Below are positions 28,500 through 41,384 of a stretch of DNA of 64,000 nucleotides, one piece after another. The stretch is from NCBI GenBank assembly GCA_039096225.1, contig JBBPEB010000015.1, positions 1,674,001 to 1,738,000 of the forward strand. The letters are read 5' to 3'. Positions within the stretch are counted from its first letter, which is position 1. The number at the start of each line of letters is the position of its first letter. Under the pieces are notes generated by a model, which was not told the origin of the DNA, made no database searches, and worked only from the letters and a program-made list of their open reading frames with translations. The translations under genes and the position numbers were made by a program. The DNA is from Blastocystis sp. Blastoise. Its lineage: Eukaryota; Protista; Bigyra: Opalinata.

Positions 28500-29159
28500 T
28501 CAATAATTGGGTCCAAAAGCTTCATCATCTTTATGAATTTGATTCTAAATACAGGAAATTATAAAATATATACGAAAAGTGATCTTAGAATTATTCTTAT
28601 AACATAAAAAAAACTTTATGATCGTTATTATGAAAAATAATAGAATAAAAAATATATACAATGAATTGCATTCTTAATGTTTTGTAAGTATCATTCGTAT
28701 TTGATAATGCAGCAATTAAAGCATCTTTAGGTGTATAATTTGAGGAGATAGTTTGAATCTATAATTTAAATAAAATATAATCAATATTTGTATATGTTAT
28801 TTATATAGAACATATTATATATATATACTTTAAATTCGATGCATTTCTTTAATGGATGTGGTATTCTGTATCCAGCAAATCGTACGTTAGGGTCTGAGAG
28901 AAGCTGCCTGAATAATTAGAATAAAAATAAAAAAACTTAGAAACAGGAATAAAAAAAGAAAAGAATTATGTATATATTTTTTAGTATAGTTCATAAACAA
29001 TTTAGTTTTTACATACATTCTGATGATATTTCCAAGTGTATGATCTTCACGTTCAAAAACAAATGTTGAAGCATTTGGAATTTTTGTATTTTTGATTTCA
29101 ACAATCTTGCTCACTCCTTCAGGGAGCATAACGGCATCAATTGGTTCAGGAGCATTCAT
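28500..29159 (-). CDS. RPB11: RNA polymerase II subunit RPB11
   Basis: MNAPE...[42 protein letters not shown]; three GT-AG introns. Confidence 0.95.
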
Positions 29160-29476
29160 CGTTAGCTTTTCTTTATGGAAAAAAAAATATTAATTATGAA
29201 AGGTGACAAAAATAATGTAAATATAAATGTATGTATATACTATATATACAATAAGAATACCAATAAAATAAAATATTCAAAATCAAATTTTTGATTTAGA
29301 ATAATCATGATAATTCATTTTGATCTAGAGTATGTTTTCTCAAATAATCGTTATTCTTAATAAATATGGAAATTATTCTTTTTATACTAAGATGAACACA
29401 TTTCTTACATGATTATTCTTTTCATTTGTTTAGTAGAATAGTATAGGTTTTATATTGTTGTTTGTTGAGACAGAAA

Positions 29477-30414
29477 ATGTTAGTATGACTTTATTTTATA
29501 TACTGCTGCTACTACATTGATATAGGAAATTTTTATGTCTTTTTGTATCGAATTTGTCTTTACATTTGTGATGTCTATACCTGTAATGGGTCCAACAGCT
29601 GCATATGTATTAAAGGTATATATTAAAACTATGAACGATAGATGCTAGAACAGTATCCTTCCATTTTTTGAATTTTAATTTTGCTTCATTATTCTTTTTT
29701 GAGATAATTGTTTATTATTGTCATGTCATTCGTATCAAGTATAATAATTATGTATAGGAGAGTTTTTCTGGTCATTATGAAAAAGCTCGTTTAGCTGCTT
29801 TTGGTGCTGCGTTGGCAGAAGGCATATATGCTTCAATCGGATTTATCCTCTATTTTAATTTCTTCCAAGATCCTTTATTATTAAATAAAATATTACCTTA
29901 TTTAAAGTATATATATGATATATTTGTTTTATGAGTATATTTTTGGAGATAATATATAAATAATAATATTTATAATATATATATGTTATATTTATTATAT
30001 ATATATAATATTTATAATATATATATGTTATATTTATTATATAAATAATAATATTTATTATATATATGTTATAAATATTATATATAGAATTATAGGATCT
30101 TTAATAGTTATGACTGTAGGAAAGAATTTTATTTATATGGATACATCTAGTTTCTCATCTTCACTTATTATTTATTATAGAGAAGTAATTATAATTATAG
30201 TTTTATTTATTATATATATATTTTTTAATATTATTTTAATATTATTTTCATTATATATATATAGAGTCGTTTATCGATGGTTAAAGAAGGTTTTTATATG
30301 GCAATTGTGAATATTTCACTTGTAGCCAATCATCTTGGACTTCTTGCTATTTGTATATTTATATATATTTAAGTATTATTTATCATTTATCATATATATA
30401 TTTATATATTATTT

Positions 30415-30460
<46 letters not shown>

Positions 30461-30753
30461 TTTATTTATTTTAATAATTATAATTATTATATTAAAATAT
30501 AATAATTCTTTAATATATCTATTTAGTGGGTCCAAAATCATTATTATCCTTTTCTTATTTAAATTTACCATTTTGGTTTTTAGGAACAGTTTGTGGTATG
30601 ACTTGTTGGTTTTTAATTTTTGTCACTTTATTAGAAACATTCAAACAAAAAATTAAATTATCTTCTTTCGTCTCCTTTATGAATTATTTAGGATTTTTAC
30701 TTTTATGTATTGGTGCTTTTACTTTCTTAAATAGTATTTGGAGCATGTTCTAA
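29477..30753 (+). CDS. LysE/RhtB-family amino-acid exporter-like membrane protein (6 exons, ~220 aa)
   Basis: Spliced: MLEIFMSF...MSIPVMGPTAAYVLKESFSGHYEKARLAAFGAALAEGIYASIGF...KEGFYMAIVNISL...FWFLGTVCGMTCWFLIFV...MNYLGFLLLCIG. This matches the LysE pattern (PxGP; G..a..+.iy; GF...N; G...G...W). Confidence 0.75.
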
Positions 30754-31159
30754 AAGGCTTTATATACTATATTATTAAAGATATATTTATATAGTTATTA
30801 TTATATCTATATAGGATCTTCCATTCTCCATACTTTTCTTTTTCTTCTTTTCTATTCATTTTATAAATATTTATTATTATCAATTAAATGATATTTCTTC
30901 ATATTGTATTGTATATTTCATATTGTCTATCCTATTTTATCATTTGCTTCTATTTTAAACATTCTTTTTCTATTTGCATTTTTGTTCCTCATTTGATTTT
31001 ACACAGATATTCTATCTTTTAACATAATACAAACATCCGTTCGTATTCTATTTCAAATCTCCTATTTTAAAAAAGTAGTATTTAAATTTAAACGAAAAAA
31101 AAACAAACAAAAAAAACCGAAAACATTTTTTTTTATTTATACAGTTTAATTAAGGCATT

Positions 31160-32278
31160 ATGAGTAATCTCAAAAAATATGAAGAATATGTATGATATAC
31201 TCTATCTAATATACTATATTTTAGAATGATGCTGTTCAAGAATTAGAATCTATTAGTAAAGATCAGACTTTAGATGATGAAACAAAGGCTAGATCAATCT
31301 CTGTATGGATTTTAATGAATAATTATTGCTTTAATTTACTTTAGTCGTGTACTCAAAAGTATATCCGACTCATTATGGCATCTTCAACTATTGAAACCTC
31401 GATGAAACAATCTTTAATACAAGGAATTCTCATTTGGAAATTTAATGAGCAGGAAGAAGAAAAAGAGAACGAAGAAAAGGAGCATTTAATTAGTCTTTCA
31501 AATAAGGAATATCCTGAAGTTTCAAAAGATATGGTTACATATCACGTATGTAAATTGTGTTTTTTTTTTATTCTTATTGTGTATATAATGCTATTTTTAT
31601 CAATAGGATGAAGAGAAACATGTACTTGGCTGTAAGCATTATATAAGAGGATGTAAAATGTTATGTCCAGAATGCAAAGAATGGTATACGTGTCGATTAT
31701 GTCACGATGAAGTGAAAGAACATCAATTAAATAGACAAGGCGTTCAATACATGGCTTGCATGTATTGTCTTCATGTGCAAGTATATATAGATTTCTTTCT
31801 TGATTTATAGATTTTTAGTTCTATTATTAATTATTATTTATTGTTTGAATTATTATTTTTTTAATTATATATTTAGAAACCTTCTCAATATTGTGAACAT
31901 TGCCGAGAAAAATTAGGTGACTATTATTGCGATATATGCCATTTCTGGAAAGATTCATCTATACCTAATTTTGTATATATATGTGTTTATTATATTTATT
32001 ATATTTATTATTATTGTCATGTTTATAATTATTGTTATGTTTATTATATTTATTATGTTTGTTATATTTATTGTTGTTATATTTATTATGTTTATTATGT
32101 ATGTATTATATATATAGCATTGTCCATATTGTAATATATGTAGAGTGGGTAAGGGTTTAGATATCGATGTTTTTCATTGTATGAAATGTGATAGTTGCTT
32201 AAATATTGAATGTAAAGTATATATATATATTATTAATAATGACTTTTAAATTCTTTTTTTTTTTGTATTTCTTTTTTG

Positions 32279-32321
<43 letters not shown>

Positions 32322-33078
32322 GATAATCACATATGTATACCTCGTGCAGCTCATGCAGATTGTCCTATATGTAAAGAAGATATTTTCTTATCTACAAAAG
32401 CAAGTTGTATAATGAAATGTGGTCACAGAATACATTCTAGTTGCTTTGATAGATATTTAAATGTATATATAGTCTTCTATTTATAATAATAATATTTATT
32501 TTTTGTTATTTAATTCATTTAATGGTTATTCTAGTTATTCGACTAATCAATATTGTAATAAATATTATAATTATAATAATAGATAATAATAACATAATAA
32601 TAAATATATATATAGTCAGGTAATTATACATGTCCATTATGTAAGAAATCGATAATAAATGTAGATGATTATTTTAAAAGAATAGATAGACATTTATCCC
32701 ATGAAACTATGCCTAGAGAATATAAATACTGGAAACAAATGATATTATGTAATGATTGTGGAGATAAGAATATTGTACCTTTTCATTTTATTTATCATAA
32801 AGTATATATATTGTTACTGATATTTTATGTATATTCAATATATATATTTTTATGTATATAAATATATATTGATTTTTTTAATATATGATACTATATATTA
32901 TACTAGTATAAATGATTCAATATAACTCTCATACTCTTCTAGTGTTTGAATCCAGAATGTCGTAGTTATAATACTCAAGTGATGGGGGGTATTATTAAGC
33001 CATCTCCTGAAGAAGAAAAACGATTGATTCAAGAAGATGAAGAGAAACAGGCTAGAGAAGCACAAGAACGATTGAATA

Positions 33079-33114
<36 letters not shown>

Positions 33115-33716
33115 GTGATCATGATAATAATATTGATAATAATAATAATAATAATAATAATAGTGATCATACTAGTGATAATGATGAATATGATGATGAA
33201 TATGATGATGATATGATGATGAATGATAGTGATATAAGTATAAATGAACATAATACGGATGATGAATCTCAATTTAGGCATCCAAGTCTTTTAGATCAAT
33301 TACGTAATTTATTTCCAGGTGCTGATATATTCTCAAATGATTTTTATGGTCCTTCTCATGAAGATTCTAATCACATGCCAGTCTTCTCCAATTCAGTACA
33401 GTCATTTGATGATGATGATGATGATAATAATAATGATAATAATAATAGTATCTCAGATAATAGTAGTATCTCAGATAATAATGATATCTCAGATAATAAT
33501 AATAATATCTCAGATAATAATGATATCTCAGATAATAATAATAATATCTCAGATAATAATAATATCTCCGATAATAATGATATCTCCGATAATAATAATA
33601 ATCTCTTAGATTCTAATTCCGATATAGATAATTATGAAGATGGCGAATCCCATAGTATATATGATTCTATTGGTGAGGATAATATATCAAATTCAAGTAA
33701 TGAACATGAAGAATAA
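31160..33716 (+). CDS. RCHY1: RCHY1/Pirh2-like CHY-zinc-finger RING E3 ligase with a long acidic D/N tail
   Basis: GCKHYIRGC..CPEC..YTCRLCHDE, YYCDICHFW, HCPYCNICRVG, CPICKE..KCGHRIHSSC..YTCPLCKKS, ILCNDC..FHFIYHKC...CRSYNT. Confidence 0.92.
33445..33602 (+). repeat. Coding minisatellite (ISDNNN/ISDNND), about 8 copies
   Basis: atctc(a/c)gataataat units of 18-21 bp. Confidence 0.8.
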
Positions 33717-34075
33717 AATAATCATCATTATTTATTATATATATATCTATTTCATTATATATTGTTTTTGTATGTTTCTTCTTTTATTATAATGCATATA
33801 CATTAATATATATATATGTATATTAAAGTATCAAAACTGTGTTTTTCTTAAACTATATACAAAACATATTTGAGATTTATTGTTTTAGTGAATTCATTGT
33901 TTTATTTGAATATATTTATTGATTCCAAAAAACATAATTTAATATTGTTTGTTAAATGTAAAATTTTATTCAATAATAAAGAGAACAACAAAATATGTAA
34001 CTAAAGACAACTTAACAAATTGTGAAAACATAAAGAACAAAAAATAACATAAAGATTAAACAAACAAATAACAAT

Positions 34076-35466
34076 TTAACGTCGTTTTCCTCCTTTTTGA
34101 GGACCTTTCCCTCCTTTCTTTTGGCGCTGTTTACGTTGATTCTTTCTCGATTGCTGATCTTTACGCATAAGATCAAGTTCATCTTCAGCATCTGATCTAT
34201 ATATAAAGTATTATATATATAAGTCATTCATTTATATATATAATATATATATACCCATCTTTTTTAGTACTAAATAATTGTTTGTCATATTGTTCTTGAC
34301 TATATATATATTATATAAAATATGATATATATATATATACGTTATTTTTCCTTTTTTAAATAATTTATACAAATGTTCTTCTTTATCTAATTCATCCCAT
34401 TCATCCTATATATATATAATATAATAAATATAATATAATAAATATAATATAAATATAATAAAATATATAAATACCATAATACGTTCATGTTTTCCTTTTC
34501 TTAAACGTTTCTCTGGAACTTCAGGTTCAACAGCCTTTCGTTTCTGTTGCTATATATATAGAAATATAATAATATAGTCTATAATAATAATAGTATAGTC
34601 TATAATATAGTATATAGTTATAAAAATATACTTTCTTTTCATTATATTCTTGTTGTTTCTTTTCTTCCCATTTTTTCTGATCTGCTTCCATTCGTATCAA
34701 TCTCTGCTTCTCACGAATCTTATCTGTATAACTATATATATATTTTAATATATATATTTTTTCATTCAAAATACAGAATAATAGTTTATCATAGATTTAA
34801 AATGAATAATAATATGAATCATAATAATAATATATATATACGGAATAGTATTCAGATCTACTTTTTCTTCTATAAAATCAATAGTTTTATTTTTTAATTC
34901 GGAGGTTTTAGGAAGACGAAGTAAACAATAAGATCTAGCTAAAGCACCAAGATTCCAATCTTCAAATCGAAGAATAAAATTACAATCGTGATTACGATAT
35001 CCCTAAAGGAAGAAGAAGATATAGAATAATTATAAAAAAATATAAAAAGTAATAGAAATATATAAATAATAATAAAATATAAATAAAAAATAAACAGAAT
35101 AATAAATATAATATATACTCTTATATCAGCAACAAAAGCAATTCTACCGGCATCCATAATTTCTCTTTCTTTACGCACGTGCTCTTTAATGGTATCTAAT
35201 AATTGTGTACTTCTTTGTTTTAATTGTTCTTCTGTTTCTTCTGTTTTATAAAGAGTTAACGGAACTCCTCTCTTTTCAATAAAGGGTATATATGCATTTT
35301 CAGAAGGAGTTAATAATAATAAAGATTCACCCTTACGACCTATAGAAGAGAATATAGAGTCAATATATAGATGATATAGTATATTAATAATAATAATAAT
35401 AATAATATTTTTTTTAAATACAAAAAAAAAATATCTTTCATAAAATACAAAAAAAAAAAAAAAAAA

Positions 35467-35497
<31 letters not shown>

Positions 35498-37202
35498 TAT
35501 ACCTGCTCTAGCTGTTCTTCCTATTCTGTGTATAAAGAAAGAGGGATCTTGAGGAGGAGCGAATTGAATGATATAATCGACATCTGGTATATCTATACCA
35601 CGTGCAGCAAGATCAGTACAAAATAATACAGCAGCTATAGATAAATAGAAGGAAATTAAAATATATTTGATAACTATCATAGAATATATAGAATGATTCT
35701 AATATTAAATACTATAAATGAATTTTAGCATTAAATTATAAATGATATATAAATAAATAAATATATACCTTCAGAATTTCTAAATGTTTCCATTGTTTTT
35801 TCTCTTCTTTTTTGAACCATTCGTCCATGTAGATTCATAATTAGTAATTTATTTGGATTAATATATTTAAAAGCTAAATGATAAAAATCAACAGAAGCAC
35901 AAGTTAAAAAGAAAACAATAATTTTAGAATTTGGATGATCATTTATAAATTGAGATATCTATATATATATATAAGTAATGAAAATAATAGTAGTATAAGT
36001 ATTATAATATAGAAAATATGAATTTTAATTATTTAAAGGTTAATATAAGTATTTAAAATATTTATATATATATATATAAAATGAATAAAAATATATATAC
36101 AACACCAATTTTTTCATCATTTTCACAGAATATATATTGATTCATTAATCCTAAAGGAACACTTTGAATGTTTCCATCTTTACGTTTGACTTCTACTTTA
36201 ACAGAAACAGGGTTACGAAGACCCGCTCGAACTAATGAGGTCATACCCTATATATACATATATATACATTATATACATTATATATATATATAATATACAT
36301 ATATATATACATAATATACATATATATATATATAATAAACAATACATACATATACATAATAATAAACATTATATATACACTATTATATAATCATACTATA
36401 AATTATTTCTTAGAAAAATAATAATAAATAATTATATATATATATATATACATTAGCTTCAGTAGCCGAGAATAATCCGGTACGTCGAAGTTTTGGAAGT
36501 GTCTGAATAATATGCTGAATAGTATCACCATGACCAAGATCCTATATATATTATAATTATATTATTATTATTATCAATAATAATAATATTATTATACAAT
36601 GATAATAAAAATAAACATATAAATATACTAGTAATTCATCGGCTTCATCTAAAATAAGTACTTCTAAGTTTTTACATTTAAAATCTTTTCCTGTTCGTTG
36701 CATAATATCCCAAAGTCGACCTAAGAATATATTCATAATCATTAAAAAAAAAAGAACATAAAATAATTCATATATATATACCAGGTGTACTAATAATAAC
36801 TTTAATTTCATCTCCTTGAAGAGAATTAATATCTTCTTGAACATCAGTACCTCCTGTGAATAAAAGAAGTTTTATTCCATTGATATGTTTCATGAAATTT
36901 GTACCAACTGACATCGTTTGATTTGCAAGTTCTCGAGTAGGAAGAATAATGATTGAACCTATTTGTCCTCCACTTAAATTATCTTTTTTTCTTAACAAGA
37001 TATCAAAAACAGGTATCAAGAAAGCTAAAGTTTTTCCTGATCCAGTACATGCCTCTACATTTACATCTTTATTTGCTAAGAAAAGAGGAATAACAGCAGA
37101 TTGAACTGGAGTCATTCCAGAAAAACCAAGATCTGCGACCGTTTGAAGAATTCCATCATCAAGTTTAGGTTTCACACTATCGAATGTTTTTACGTTTGAC
37201 AT
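34076..37202 (-). CDS. DDX55: DEAD-box RNA helicase DDX55/SPB4
   Basis: [75 protein letters not shown]; basic C-terminal tail. Confidence 0.93.
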
Positions 37203-37775
37203 AAATTATACAATAGTAAAGATTATATGTGAAAAAAGAACAAATTCTATGGAAAATTATTAATTTGTGAAAATATAGACATAGTGACTGGCTTTATCTC
37301 AGAATTTTATGGTTATCATAAAAAAGTGAGAAAAGTTCATTTACAACTAGATTTATGAAATATGTTATATCTCAAACATAATAAAACTACTTTGATGTTG
37401 TAATCCAATAGAATATTGATTTAAAAAAAGAAATAACAATAATTTACAATTATGAATGAAGTATATTTTTTGCATTGTATTGTTCTATATTATTTCTAAA
37501 GGCTGTTAAAACATGATCAACATCATTTGATACTTTTATACATTCATTTTAAAACAAAATCTTCTTCTATACGTTTTCTTTTCATTTTTATATACAGTAT
37601 GATAGTATTTCCTTAAAAACACATATAGACAGAAAAAATGATTATTGTCTTTAGGAAGACGATGATTCTTGGTTATTCTATGAATAGTCTCCATAATTGA
37701 AGATAAAACCGTGAGACAAGATATCAATAGATATTTTGAAATCAGTATAATTTATTTGTAGATTTTAATCTAAGA

Positions 37776-40640
37776 ATGGATCTTTATTCTTATTTTTTAT
37801 GCGATGTCACATTTGGTGAAGGTTCCCTTTACTTTAGTGTCAAAAAGAATGATAACGACCTTCCGATAGTCAAGAGTTTCCGTCAAACGGATAAAGGATA
37901 CGCTGCTCCTATTGAGCGTCTTGATGCTATTCACGAAGATGACTTCATTATTGCTATTAATGGAGAAAGTACATTAGGTTTACCTTTCAAAGAAATCAAG
38001 GAGAAATTAGCTAAGACTCCAAGACCTATGACAATTCGTTTTGCGAAACCTATACCTAAGAATGAATGGAAGAAAATTGTTTTACCTTCTGGTGAGACTA
38101 TCACTAAACAATGGGGTAACATTGATATATCTTTTATATATATATAATATATATTATATAACGTATATATATATTTAAATTATATGAATAATTAAAGACT
38201 TTTTTAAATATATTTTCAGTTACTACTCATTATAAATTGATATATAAAAGATTATATTCTTTAATTAATATTTACGGTTATCTCCCTGTAAAGAAATATG
38301 ATTTATCCAGTCATGATGCTGATTCTTTAGTATCTCTTGAAGAATGGAAAGAAAATGCTACTCCCTTAACACCTCTTACAGTAAAAGGTGATTTATTTGA
38401 ATGTGATATACGTCAACATTGTTTTAATGGTTCTCCTGATATGATTACACGTGCTTTATATTGGAAAATGTTATTAGGATATTTACCTTATACTCCTAGT
38501 AAATGGGAAGAGAAAATAAAGAATAGTATAGAAGAATATAAAGAATTTGTTAATGAATTTATTATAAATAAGAATAAAGAATGTGGTAAAGAGAATTGTG
38601 CTATTGTTCCTAGTCCTATTGATTTAACTTGGAAGAATAAAGATAATAAAGAAGAATCTGATTCTATAGGTAATGGTGATGATGAAGACAATGAAAGTCC
38701 TTGGTCTAAATCATTTGGTGAAACTGAATTACGTGATATTATATGGAAAGATACTCAACGTACATATAGTGATTTAGAATTCTTTAATCAAGATAGTAAA
38801 ATTATGTTTAGTAGAATGTTATATATATTTGCAAAATTAAATCCCGGTGTAAAATATGTTCAAGGAATGAATGAACTTTTAGCACCTTTATTTATGGTCT
38901 TTAGTCAAGCTAATAAAGATGTATATATAGGGGTTTTTTTATTTATTATTTTATTATTATTTATTTATTATTTATTATTAAATATAAAATAATTATATAT
39001 ATATATATAATAGAATGGTGGTGAAGAATTATGTGATGAAGTTGAAGCTGATACTTTTTTCTGTTTTAATCAACTTATGTCAGAATGTAGAGATTTATTT
39101 ATAAGACAAATGGATTCAGATAATACAGGAATGTATGATATTCTAGAAATATTTTTATTAATATATATATATATATTTATTTATTTATTTTTTTGTTTTT
39201 GTTTTTATATTTTATGTTTATTGTTTTCTATTATTATATATATATTTTTTTTTTTATTGTTAAAAGTCTATGTTTTTTATTAATAAATCTGTTTCTATAT
39301 GAGTATATATTATTTAGTAATGGTGTATTTAATAAATTAGATAATTATATAAAGATCCATGTTAAAGATGCTGCTGATGTTTTAGTATTTTATTATATTT
39401 ATTATATTTATATATTTATTTTATTTATTTATTTATTATTTTTATTTATTTATTATATTTATTTATTTATTATTTTTATTTATTTATTATATTTATTTAT
39501 TTATTTGTTTATTATATTTATAATTATTGTATTAATAAGAATAATTATTCTAAAGTATAATAATATAATAGGATGAACAAGAGTTAAGTGTTCAGTTTTA
39601 TGCTCTTCGTTGGATGACTACGTTATTTGCTCGTGAATTCGATTTAGAACATACATATCGTGTTTGGGATTGTTTCTTTGCGGATCCAGATCGTTTCCAA
39701 TTTATGTATTGTTTTGGAACTGCTATGATTAAGAGAGTTAAAGATAAAATTATTATGAATTCTTTTGGTGAAAATATGAAATTATTACAAAATTATGAAT
39801 GTGAAAATATTAATAAAGTTTTAAAAACTGCTAATAAGATTCGTGATCATGAAATTAAACGTACTAATGGCATGCAAGAAGAAGTCACTAGTATTGATGC
39901 TATTGTTGGAAAATCAAAAGGTATTTTTTATATAATATTCATTTATTATTATTATTTATTTATTTATTTATTTTTAAATATAAATGTTATTAATTCTATT
40001 AAAAATCATTTGAATAAAATATATAAATATATTAGAATTTTTAAATAAGAGTAAAGATATTGTTGGTGAACAAGTTAAGAAAGGTTGGTTTAACTTCAAA
40101 ACAGTGGGTCTTCCTAAACTTAATGAATTAGGTATGAATATATTATTGATTTATTATTATTATATTTATTATTCTATTTATTATTATATTTATTATATTT
40201 ACTATTATATTTATTATCAATATTATTATTTTATTTATTAGTTTATTTATTATTATATATATTATTCTATTTAAATTTACATACTTTACTTTTTAGCTAA
40301 GACAACATTAACTAAGGCTACAGAGATTTCTAAGAGTGTTGAATCAAAAGCAAAGGAATTATCAGGTAAAGATTTTAAAGAAATTTCTCAAGAAATTACT
40401 ACTAAATCTAAGGAATTTGGTCAAAAATCTAAGGAATTTGGTCAAATGTCATTAGATAAAGGTAAGAAATGGTTTGGTGATGTCAAAGAAAAGGCTGAAA
40501 GTCAAATGAATAATATGAAAGAAAAAAATTCGAATAGAAAGCCTTCTAAAGTTGAAAAGGGTGATGAAATTGTTGTTACAGATACTTCTAGTGAAGAAGA
40601 AACCACTCCCAACGAAGATGAAGATGATACCACTATTTAA
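37776..40640 (+). CDS. PDZ-domain plus TBC (Rab-GAP, TBC1D13-like) protein
   Basis: N-terminal IHEDDFIIAINGES...PRPMTIRF (PDZ). TBC motifs RALYWKMLLGYLP, IWKDTQRT, KLNPGVKYVQGMNE, EADTFFCF and FYALRWMTTLFAREF. Confidence 0.88.
38127..38275 (+). other. Probable U12-type AT-AC intron in PDZ-TBC gene
   Basis: Donor ATATCTTTT, branch TTCTTTAAT 10 nt before AC, phase-0 join GNID-GYLP. An in-frame GT-AG alternative (38116-38219) also exists. Confidence 0.65.
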
Positions 40641-41046
40641 ATCATTTATGTAAATCATGTTACCCTCTCATTTTCTTATTCTTTATAAAACTATTCTCTT
40701 TTTTCTTCTCTGTTCGATTGAAAAGTCGGTGATACATTATTTATAACTTTATATATATATATTCTCAGTTGTTTTTAATTTTCTTCATCACTATTCTAGT
40801 TTACTTTTATTTATTTTAATATCTTTTCTCATCACAACAATATTAAATATATAAAAATATATTTATTTGTAATAAAATGACTATGCACAATGAATAGAAT
40901 TAAAAAAAGAAAATCTCAAAGAAAACTTCTGTTTTTTTTCCACCCAATTCTTTATTCATAAAAGTATTTCATTACATATTTAAAAAGTATTTTATTAATT
41001 GTTTTATCTTTTGTGGTTAATTTGAATACCTTTTAAAGGAGTTACG

Positions 41047-41384
41047 ATGACCAATTCAGAAAATGTTGTTCCAGAAAGCACAGAAAGTGTTTCTGTATGA
41101 TATAATGAATCTTTATATATCATTTCCAATTTCTTTATAGAAGCCTCCGTTTTATTATACTCTAGTTGCTGCATTATTTTTCGTTTTAGGAATATTTGCT
41201 GAGGTTAATGGTAAATGGTTTGCGTGGTGTTTTGCAGCGTCGTATATATTATATATTTATTTCTAGAAAACAAAGAATATTTACTATTTTTTAATATTGA
41301 TTTGCTTATTTTTATAGACTTACATACTTTTACATCAAACAATATATTGAATACAGAAGATATATTGCTAAGAAGAAGCAGTAG
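41047..41384 (+). CDS. Small (~71 aa) two-TM membrane protein, 3 exons, missed by ORF track
   Basis: MTNSENVVPESTESVS-KPPFYYTLVAALFFVLGIFAEVNGKWFAWCFAAS-LTYFYIKQYIEYRRYIAKKKQ*, with two canonical GT-AG introns. Confidence 0.7.

Noticed and set aside
29653-29660. GTATCCTT U12-like donor inside LysE intron 2
   Set aside because: The ordinary GT-AG intron 29617-29757 already gives family-typical spacing, and there is no matching branch or 3' site.
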